A program made the position numbers and the translations under genes. 64,000 nt of DNA from a virus: positions 1 through 64,000 of IMG/VR virus record IMGVR_UViG_3300043434_000266; one strand, written 5' to 3'. The notes under the pieces were generated by a model. The model saw nothing but the letters and a program-made list of their open reading frames with translations. It searched no databases and had not been told where the DNA came from. Below, one piece after another: positions 29,901 to 37,700 of this stretch (position 1 is its first letter; the number at the start of each line of letters is the position of its first letter).

Positions 29901-31728
29901 ACTACTTTATATCTTCCAAAACAAGCTATATAGTTTTGATAGTGAGACCGATACATATAGATCTGCTGATATTACTGAGACTGTTGCACCTATTGCAAAA
30001 GAACAAGTTCTTAAAAGAGGAGCATTTCTTAATCCTAACACAGGTGTAATGCATGTTGATAAAGCTCAGATCATTAAAGAGTTTAAATCTAAAGCATTTA
30101 CTACACCATCATATGGCGGCGAAAGTAGATTAGCGCCGTTACCAGCATCTATATTTGATAGATATAAAACTGAGAATAGAGTAAAACTCTACTATAAGTT
30201 TGTACTAGAAAGAGAGTCTTTAAGAGATGCTTATCCATACAATGAGACTATAAACAGTTTTGAGTTCCAAAACTTCTTAGTAATGATAGGGTTGAATACT
30301 GATATACCTATGCGCTATGAAGAATTCATTCGTAACAAAGCTTTAGAAAACTTATATCTTGATGGTCCTTTATTTGGAGCAGAGTACAAGTTTAATGGTA
30401 TGACTACTGCTGTAGATAAGTTCTTAAGAATTCTTGAGACTCATCCGGAGTTAGTTACCGCATATCCTGTACTTGATATTATAGGAACTGTTAAGTCTGG
30501 TTCACATAGATTCTTCAAACTTAACGATAGAATTTCTGATGGAACTGTACTTACTGCATATAAAGATCAGATGGCAATCCTTGCGGATCCGGGTCAGATT
30601 AAAGTAAAAAATACTGAGGAAAACTTATACATCAGTCAATTCTTTGCAAAATTAAATACCATAGGATATCTGCAAGCAGGTAACAATAAGAACTCTGAAT
30701 TGTATATGATGTCTATATTGGATATGAAACCAATCAGTAGCTATGTTCAGAACACTATAAATGATGTTATGAATAGTCCTAAGTTGGATGGTGTGTTGGA
30801 AGATTTTGAAAGTAAGTTTACCACATCATTTGCAAGACGTAAGTCATTTGCATTTACAAACTATGCGTTTAATGCACCTTATACAGCAACTGATAAAGCA
30901 ACAGTAGAAGATCAACCATTACTGAAGTATATAAGAAACGGAAAGGTTAAAACTGGAAGTATATTCATTAATGAAGAAACAGGAGAGATTGAAGATGTCT
31001 ATAAGTATAACGAGTCTATGTTTGAAACTACTAGTAAAGTAGTAGCTAAAGATGATACTGAGTTAACAAAGAGAAACTATAAGATCACTGAAACTGATGT
31101 ACAGGCATTATTTCAGATTAATCCTGAAGCAACGTATGTATTTGAAGATTCTTATCCTAAAGTAACTTTAAAGGAAGATGGTTCTTTAAACATTGGTCAA
31201 AGACCAACTAATCCTACTAGAATTGAGCAAGAAGCATTTCGCGCAGGTTTAGCAACAGGAAACAGTTTTGCAATTCCTATTACAAAGCAAGATGGTTCTA
31301 TACCAGCAGTTGAAAAAAATGCGGTACCCAAGGAGCTGATTGACATGTACATTCAAGAACTAGTGAATTTAAGAGATAGTGGAAAAACTATCATATTCCC
31401 TTCAGAAGGTATAGGTAATAAACTATTAGGATTCTTTAAAAACAGCTTAGGTAACTTAGAAATGAGAAAAGAAGGAGCGAAGAATATAGATCTGTACTTA
31501 TATTTGTCTAAGAAACTTCTAGAGAACTTCGGATATAGAAATCCTAAAATGGAAATGATCACTAAGAACTTTACACCTGAGTTACTTGAGGGTGCTCAAA
31601 CAGGACTAGAGTTCATACAGCAGTTCTATATAAACAAGTCAGAGAGTTTAGGGTTAAGTGAACCACTTCAAACTCTAACAGACAAAGAGGTTAATGATTA
31701 TATTAATAAATGTAAAGGTATTTCGTAA
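20935..31728 (+). CDS. Virion-packaged two-barrel (crAss/phi14:2 gp66-type) DNA-dependent RNA polymerase with N-terminal zincin domain
   Basis: 3597 aa; GARIPTQGPNS (~27292) and catalytic GGDFDIDKL (27409-27423); DGEAWISFDAYR and KRVSG motifs; HESWH..EEHLAE zincin at ~23068. Confidence 0.9.
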   Translation: MSIICDPSGEWSISREDIFKINRKVAGMLAEKIEKNSKIDLGKFINAIFDEVVTATGDQQRALAVARHIPFAIELSKQVFPDKIRVPLHKNKLLDSAALEDVSVSFTESLDNVATFLNNYRDSLKPKVRDTAGITNSSAAVQPKTKIDVLDYVFVPDDVLTTTGQEVNDERDLRWYYNFLKYLGEQNIYPNADGTINYFGKTLQVSIMTGLSIPVDKLYPYERVKPNIEKMKTNQIFIGFTDTNGDFVYFDDNYNLTDDTGAFIYFPLRTVPKVISEQNGKRIFDIDESVRENRIQPIASIVANRRLAGENTNEELVRDQINQNYNDIKDITDYLLSKGNYKKKLKLNLNRISRGFIFRVSGTEGRKRIDSITNLSDFNPVILDSNEAKGMVKAAFYVTGVDEPIPFSMADFPKELAEKTADLLLNDVYYDGNLITSTDKSRLISQYLGFNLNDKTGPEGTVGFMYSPTTGEILINSKPLSTDKAQAKNEIVDYLTRDISIPTADKEIAFKNKLFFNQRFVNDNFTDFSLSPVSEGFALTTNQDVTYVDWVKDNAYVYAKTTNGEIREENGYIAFEVPIDTLYIARQKMTDAQIKEFKAKQESKTVKPNSVLENNASPSSPTNLADLLMRRDMTGFDVSATPEQIEKAKEDYDAKVITFRDKNGKVVQKKLTDLIPYEVMFNIANSNGNVRATWTRAGITLFQGSDYTDLYHESWHGFTQWFLTGDQKLKLYNEVKNSGETIRYYNNGWKTMNSSKLDFNNPDHILYAEEHLAEKFREYSLGKYTPASAVEKSMFKKIWEAIKALFGFGSPEEVLAPSGLVAKAFQDLKAGNLVDYTFDQANVRFNRLNSGITALKSSTSPIKNLDITSSLMVTEGITDVISASVDELNKEYGTNKFTIGIFENDTVKKEVLRRAKSKLIDKLNELEAKVDLATGFEKDRLDKSVQTLSWAIDNFDIDDVKSGTLKYYNDRTGFFTLSTGAKVIDTETAIDGQTEENTDAPASREGVTTDEGTEFSAVDRMSDSMRYILESLFERVEPTKDNPEGYVYNDLGFRKAVPFKTAFAVIASATANKLTPEEMYKSLQTASDTKTRNKTQNYKFLFIKQLLAKLGDPRNPNAQSLTGQNLISEFFFTFRLDKQTGIQVTAEREGVSLTIKVGTSDSAEKAFGRTLENRFQTGKVKSKYITKNKNNEYEINLKGILEDYPSSTAANASPVSFLRALGIDITDTDAVINFLKKQNAITNIYQTVLDRSKLIDKPTTSLVPERASGLFNDKSSVWNTLLEAESKYSGFNAGYMFKNVNGDPQSEMNNPSTAGNQIHLINAAKTYAELISDPRTAHYSTERNSWVKTSVMFQKLFGKKLTIKNTEDGRPVSINVQSLLGTQALNVEDDIRSLISGMKSAASDVQTAYLRDYFMTLLNGASEAFKHADKSSTYVASLDAGGVYYYVNPKTFTSNIGRNKANEIFIGYIASELERIKKVSSKKLIGEQADDIILGGKPGSYETLKTRGSEFVVFHDIIKDELKEELIKLDVNTVEDFLDLVGKDASLKDKLVNALNNYFDQLALEDYTMLKSFGVTKAENFFKTIKNRFPELAVLSDQDVLKATSEAFTYNAFIHKMEMSTLIYGDPALYTHDKDEHMKRVSGFFATGRIGRTDSSMNAFIAANAGSYHTSQWFKQSGFAAPTNTLSYQSTILPIAVGEDPVDRSVYLDEMIKIAKEQGIPESDYAAYEEMKSADGEAWISFDAYRALEIRFRNWNPQKELLYNKIINNEKTDSAEVLKTFYPVKKLQYSGPLDITNFSALAFHKYSLIPLIPSVIKDSRLEVLHNKMVSEGIAYTVLQSGSKIVSIGKNGTLDSFYDKNYNPKFADPNFKFTKNNIFVDYLKEQLVTKDKFKEEIDFPSQIRKLIVLGMDPESPLIKTYLSNIDKMTKVAETELKMELGYKDVKSRKKGEPALDLKKLLEYVKSSLTAQDLAEQSIDFIEIGDDGKLVRFLDLSEDPSKIEKIIGALVNKRINKQPVYGEQYIQGSSVGFEKFSKPTQIDLDKYGEWGLPFYRMSKDGKSVSAMKIKIALHGKFKNLLKLNHTDNKVIGTIERLNEMLKDENWLNTGEHRQMVTLIGARIPTQGPNSMEFMEVFEFLPEEAGNIMILPLEIVAKSGGDFDIDKLVTMIPGITDNEGVIEIEKPKSSRKLLNTIIEEKYELINEIKEIRKKYLKSYLTPELQEQIDSLEKEQSDAYQEFLSQWTNNYYVGGATEKYYSRISNAKQAIDSIYEQFDQDLNDQYNAEVEPVKEKLRQLNREENFYKPKAYQQDVLNSMRAILSRPDNYINLTRPNGTGIYTEGSEDAQFNNKSIVEFLAEFNRVYNKKFTKTNPLGKKKISPTRIMENGYNISKAAALFTGKMGVGMLATGNTFHASAVLADVYMSPFREEEKLVNKVPVTYKLIQQLLIPHNFKIVDGEKVIDFSKPKDADLKNYVRDVVSELMNGYLDVAKDEWVYDINAVKQLEPEFEFMLLAGVPVKTAALMLAQPLVRQYLNKFKEYSSPYALFNPEDNLSNTNFAKRQALIDVLLKNDMSSVFPMDDTGEPNTFLNTPALLETLRAQYLQGDLKSNRNALILEKARLEGLEEVTVGTEYEIYFDKSDSVSILTVQSITPKKNEYSVVLKNEKSGKEYTYTVNKFGEGKTMRFEEPVTFIDVTSEINRLSKQIADADIELEEAPQGEFPNLVIGDKVTETLNRRRDESGNIKKIEVPGEFYKVEVPGHSDIRLYLSKNDYGTWVVEEFYSGLPVGSGSTPSIALADAEKKLKENLSNIKKGDKGYEIAKEIKADVKKLTPPKGKAKSVKPQESPEILFNNEKLIDNLRKPGSSLSKQHFAHFAEIIYMASQLTNLKMGIRFDTLKNTSYFDADQQEKGFEATLGKAFPADVVNRLIDKTVLKSFRTGAFLKEVIGTLLPVRANSKVNNAIGSIIKGMSDLSMDDKEKLASQFNTDLLLYIFQNKLYSFDSETDTYRSADITETVAPIAKEQVLKRGAFLNPNTGVMHVDKAQIIKEFKSKAFTTPSYGGESRLAPLPASIFDRYKTENRVKLYYKFVLERESLRDAYPYNETINSFEFQNFLVMIGLNTDIPMRYEEFIRNKALENLYLDGPLFGAEYKFNGMTTAVDKFLRILETHPELVTAYPVLDIIGTVKSGSHRFFKLNDRISDGTVLTAYKDQMAILADPGQIKVKNTEENLYISQFFAKLNTIGYLQAGNNKNSELYMMSILDMKPISSYVQNTINDVMNSPKLDGVLEDFESKFTTSFARRKSFAFTNYAFNAPYTATDKATVEDQPLLKYIRNGKVKTGSIFINEETGEIEDVYKYNESMFETTSKVVAKDDTELTKRNYKITETDVQALFQINPEATYVFEDSYPKVTLKEDGSLNIGQRPTNPTRIEQEAFRAGLATGNSFAIPITKQDGSIPAVEKNAVPKELIDMYIQELVNLRDSGKTIIFPSEGIGNKLLGFFKNSLGNLEMRKEGAKNIDLYLYLSKKLLENFGYRNPKMEMITKNFTPELLEGAQTGLEFIQQFYINKSESLGLSEPLQTLTDKEVNDYINKCKGIS

Positions 31729-34700
31729 TGATAAATGCATGTCCCGGGGGACCAGAATGGAACAAACTTGTTAAAGCTGTAGGTGAATTTGAAGCTTATA
31801 AGGATTACATAGAGAACGGTGAAACAATCCGTTCTGTTGATGAAGTTTTAAAAAGCAAACCTTTTCTTGAAAAGGTAAAACGTAATGAAGCTGATACAAA
31901 AGCTATAGAAGAAAATCTTCTATCAGGGTTCCTTAAAGATTTTGGAATAACGGTAACAGAATACGAATCATTAAAAGATGATCTTGGATTAAATGGATAT
32001 ACCGCAACAGACCTTATTACTAAAACTGTTGTTCATCAACCAGGGGAGTCGATATTACCTGAAGCAGCATATATTGCTTATTCTATTTTAGGTAAACAGA
32101 ATAATAAAATCAGATCCGAGCTAAGATATTTGATCAGAAAGTGGGACAAGTACGAAGAGAGATTTAACTTCCATAAAGAGTTATTGAAGAAAAATAAAGT
32201 GTCCATTAAGGATTCAAAAGAATGGAAAAACAATATCCGAGATAAGGTTATTATTGACTTCTTAAAAGATAATTTGTATCAATACTACAGTAATCCTACT
32301 GAATTTAAAAAGAATTTGGATACTAAGTGGACTCAAGAAGACTTTACTTTATGGGAGAAGATCATTAGAGCTATTGAAAACTTTTTAAGTAGAACCTTTG
32401 GATATAAGGAAGAAGAGTATATAACTCAGTTAAAAGACACAGGTTCTGCAATAGCAAGTGAACTACTTACACAAAACTATGAATACTTCAAGTATAATCT
32501 TTCAGAAGATCAGATTAGAAAGTACTATAGTAGTACAATAGAATCAGATCCTAAAGCAAAAGATATTGTTACAGTATTACAAAAGATCGGTTTAGTTTTA
32601 ACAGGATCATTAGCATTAAGAAGAGCTGGTGAAGTATACAGAACAGCAGAAGAGAGTGTGCATGATATAGATTGGATTGTACCATACCTCATGAACATGT
32701 CCGGATATAATGCTAAGCTAACTGAAGCAATGTTGAGAGGTGATGAACCTACTCTATTCAGAGAAGATGTTGAAAAACTAAAATTGGATAAGCGTTCTAA
32801 AAACGCTTTGAATCAAATTGCTCAGATGGATTGGTTTCTTAAAGTACAAGAAGCATATCCTAATATAAGATTTACAAACGGATTTTATGGAAAAGAGCAT
32901 GCTAATCTAGAAAGTTTTACAGCGCAAGCTGCAATAGACGGTGAATTTTATGATAGCGATGGTTATCATGAAGAAGAATTTGCTACTTATAGAAAGGATC
33001 CTTATACAGGTGCACCAGTAAAAGAAAAGATTAAGAGAACTATAAAGCACCAAAAGGGGGATTACGTTAAGGGTACCGGTTATCAAATAGATTTCTTTGT
33101 AAGACTAGAAGAGCATCAGGAAGAACATGATGGTTATTTCTTATTATGGAAAGAAATCATGTTAGCTAAACTAAGAATGGGTAGAGATAAAGATTTCATT
33201 GATTGGAAAGCATTTCAACCATACTTAGCATCTAAGGATAAGTTTAATTTCTTCTATGAAGGATTCCGTCATATAAATTTTGAGAGTTCGCAAGACTTCT
33301 TTTTAGAAGACATGACTCTTAGCAAGAAAATAAAGTATGAGGATATTGATACTATTGTTAACTATATCGTTGATACAATTCCTGGAGTTAAAACTTATGC
33401 TGAAAAGGTAGGATTCACACCTGTTCAAACAAACATGCGTAAAGCTAACTCTGTTGTAGAAGCAATGGTTCAGCAATTGTCATCTAGATTAAACATCCCT
33501 TATCAATTTGTTACAGCTGCTGAAGCACGTGAAATTCTAGAAGGTGCTGGTAAACCATTCACAAACCAAGCGGGTTTTTATGTCGGAGGTACAGTATATC
33601 TAGTGTCTAGTGATTTGAATCTAGAGACAGCAATACACGAATTTAGTCACCCTTTTATAAGAGCGATTCAACAAGAGAATCCTCAACTATTTGAAAAATT
33701 AGTTAGTGATCTATCTTTAACAGAAGAGGGTCAAAAGATCATTAACATAACAAAACAGTTATACGGAGAAGACGATCCTTTATATAAGGAGGAGTTACTA
33801 GTTCGAGCATTAACTCGAGCAGCTAGAATGAAACTTACTGGAGCACTTAAGCAGTATAAAAACAAAAGCTTTAAAAGTGTAATCGATAGAGTATTGTATG
33901 CTATAAAAAAGGCATTCAGAAAATACTTTGGTAAGTCTGTTGATGTTTCTGATTTAGATGTAGACACAAGTATTGAAGATCTATCTGAAATGTTGTTGTC
34001 TGCAGATCAAATTACCTTTGATGTTGAAGCGGTTAGTCAAGAAGAACTTGTAGCAGAAGAACGCCGTGTCAAAGAAGAAATAGATCAGTTTCTTAATATT
34101 GGTAATACCGATAGCGGTGCTATTGCTATTAAGACAATGATTAGTGATTTTACTCGTATATCAAGAGATCACATCGACAAGTTAGTAAAGAACCGTAATC
34201 TTAAAGATATAGCGGAGATCCTTAAATCAGGTTATGATGAATCTGACTATAAGAGTATTATTCGAAATTTAAGTAACTATCAAGAAGATCTACTAGAAAA
34301 AATAGAGGACGCTTCAGAAAGACTAGAATACGAATCTCAAAGAGCAACTGCATTAGTTAACTCTATATACAGAATTAAATATATGAGTGCCAAGATGGTA
34401 CTGCATATGAAAGACTTACTTGCTGAGGACATCTCTCCTGATACTGTAAGAAAGTTTTACTATTATAGTAAACTTGTAGATGATTGGTCTAAGATTATTG
34501 CAAAGACGCGTCGAATGATGACGAATGAAGATGTGATAACAGGACCAATGGCAACTGTTGTTTCAGAGATTGAAAGTTTATTGAAGACAGCAAAAGACTT
34601 AGATGTTGATATGAGCATGCGAGGTTCTGTTGATTTGTTAACAGAGACTATCAAACCTTTATCAGATAAAGTTAAGACTTACTATGAGGATATTATTAAA

Positions 34701-37700
34701 GCGCTTAAAAAGAAAGGTGCTCCTGATAGAATCATAGAACGTTATGAGAGAGAGTATAAAGAAGCAAGCTTGGAAGAGAAAGATATTAGAGAATGGTTAT
34801 CTGGGCAACGTGGTGATACACATGCTATTAGTGCATGGTTAGAGTCATTCATGAACATTCAAGATCCTGTTGTATTTGGTCTTGCTAAATACTTGAATGA
34901 TAATATCAGTGATGTATTGACTAAAGCACAACAGCGTCAGAACAGCAGAACAATGATATTGGAACCAATGCTTAAAGCAGCAGGGTTGGATCTAAAAGAT
35001 TACCAAGCGCTAAACAAGTTGGTTACCTACAAAGAGTTTGAACCTATTTATAATTCTGAAGGAAAGTATGAGGAGAGAGAACGTATGGCATACATACACC
35101 ATGTAAAAGGATATCAAAAAGAGGTTGGTAAGCTAAACGATCAAATTCGTGAAGCAGAAAAGAAATCACAAGAAACTGGTGACACTACAGAACTTGACGC
35201 ACTTAGAGCACAATTAAAACAATTGTTACATGATCATTTCTATAATGACTATGACTCTAGGGTCTTTGCATCTGAATCGTTATTTACTCAAGATGAAATA
35301 GGTCAGAAAGCATATACTAAAAGAAGCGCTATCTTAAACAAGATCAATAACCTAGATGCAGGAATTCATCAAAAGACAGAGTTATATGATTCTGACTTTC
35401 AAGAATTGCGAGACATGCTTTGGAAAGAGTACCAACATTTATATTCATTCTCATACGAGGATGGTAGTATGAAAGTACCTGGTACAGAGGATTATGAAAT
35501 TACAAAACGTTTAAGAGATCATAGAGAAAGAACACGTGAATTTTATGAGTGGGTTCCTATTAAGGGTATGTTCCAAGGATCATTGAGATCATATGAGCAA
35601 CAATTAAGAGCACAAAATCTTACTGATAAACAATTTGAAGAAAAGCGTAAACAATGGATTGATGAGAATACTAAAGTAAAAATCAAACCTAAGTTTTGGG
35701 AGGATGTGCAAGATATCATTGGAAGACTTAAGAAATTAAAAGAATCACTTCCTGTAAATATCGGAGCACAAATGAAGTTGGATGAGTACTTCAAAGAACT
35801 TAATGACCAGATGAGTGCGTATAGAGACGAAGACGGTCAACCTGAAGCTAACTCAATGAGTGAAGAAAAACTTAGACGTATTGCTGAACTTGATGAACTT
35901 ATTTCTGAAGAAAGAGATAATCTAAGTAAGTATACAGGGTTGTCAGAAGAGGAGGAACTTTTTGTAGCAGACTTTCAAAATAAAGCACAAGCATACATTG
36001 CAAGCAAGTTTGATCCTCTTAACATGAGTATGGATCAGTACACTGAACTATTTGAAGAGTTTAAAAATCTTAATCCAGCAGATGCCGCAGACTATGAGTC
36101 TTTGATGGATAAAAGAGTTAGTGCTGAAGATGACCCGATGCTAAAAGAAGAACTAACTTACTTATTGGCAGAGTTAAATGCAATAAGAAGTAAAGTACCA
36201 ACCGATCAATATATTGATAAACTCAATTCATTTGTTAAAACATCTGATGATGGTAATGGTATAAACAAGAGTACAATAAAAGAACGTTTTGGAGTAGAAG
36301 CTTTTGATAAAAGTATTATATCAAACATGCTAGAAGATACAGGATTCCTACAGAAATTATTTATAGAGAGTCCTGAATTCAAAGTTTGGTTTAATCAAAA
36401 TCACCAACAACGTATTTTTGAATACACGTATGGTCCTAACGCAGGTGATGAAAAAGTAAGCTATTCACCATCAAGTGCTTGGAGAGTTACTCGTCCAAAC
36501 CAAGAAGAGTACTATGAAACCACAGAACTTTATGATGAGGCTGGTAATGTTATTGGTAGTATACAAGGTGTACCTGTAAGTAAATATTGGAGACGTCAAC
36601 TTAAATCTGAGTACAGAACCCAAAGAGTTACGTATAAGGAAGCGTTAGAAATGGGTGACCTTACTAAAGCAACAGTTGATGAACAAGGTCGTTGGTTACC
36701 AAAACCCGACAGTAAATATAGGAACGAAGACTACTATAGATTACAGCGTACAAATAAACCGGCATTTGATTTACTTACTCAGATTCATAAATTCCATCAA
36801 GAAAACCAAGACGGATTAAATGTAAATTCCAGATTGGGTATGTTTATGGCAAGGTACCGTAAAGATAACTATGAGTCTTTAGTATCAGGAGAAGCAAAGG
36901 ATAAAGTAACATCAATGATTAAAAACTTCAAGTCATCTTTCAGAAAAGCTGCTGATGATTTTGAAGAAGGTTATAATGCAGAAAACCAGGTAACCTATGT
37001 CAACCTAGATATGTTTGATACTCAAACTTCGGGTATCCCTATTACAGGTAGAGCAGACTTAGATCTAGAAGAAACATCTGAGGATGTTATCTCTAGCTTA
37101 ATGCGTTACATGCTTTCTGCAGAAAGACAAAAGAAACTTATTGAGATTAACCCTAACGTTAGAGCAATACAGAGTATTGTAAATAACGAAGAGAAAGGGG
37201 GTATCAAGGATATGACTAAAGCTAACAAGCAAGATTACCTGACTCAAGGTATCACAAACTTTGCTACTAAGAAAGGTAAATCAGTTCGTGCTCAAGTCAT
37301 TAATGCAATGATCGAAAGAGAGCTTGAAGGTAAACAGTTAGTAGGTGTAACCGAGAATCTTGCATGGGCAAACAAACTTGCAGGTAACTTAATGAAGATG
37401 TCATCATTTGCATTCTTTGCATTTGACGCAGCTTCCGCACTTAAGAACGCATTCAACGCGCAGTTCCAGTCTATGATTGCAGCTGCTGGTGGTGACGGTT
37501 TAGATATGGCGAGTATTACAAAGGGTGCTTATTGGGCACAGTTTGCATCAAGTCAGGTATCATTTGAGATTTATAAGTTCGGACCTAAGTCTTTGAATGT
37601 TCAATTAGTAGAGATGTTTGATCCGGAAGCTACACGTTTTGATAAAGACGCTGGTAGAAAGTTTGCGGAAAGTTCTACAAGAACATTGTCAAGAGACGTT

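Noticed and set aside
2660-35794. Short ORFs antisense or out of frame within the giant + strand genes (e.g. 12184-12522, 14398-14727, 27267-27551)
   Set aside because: Shadow ORFs fully nested in long coding genes, with Ser/Ile/Phe-rich composition typical of reverse-strand translation
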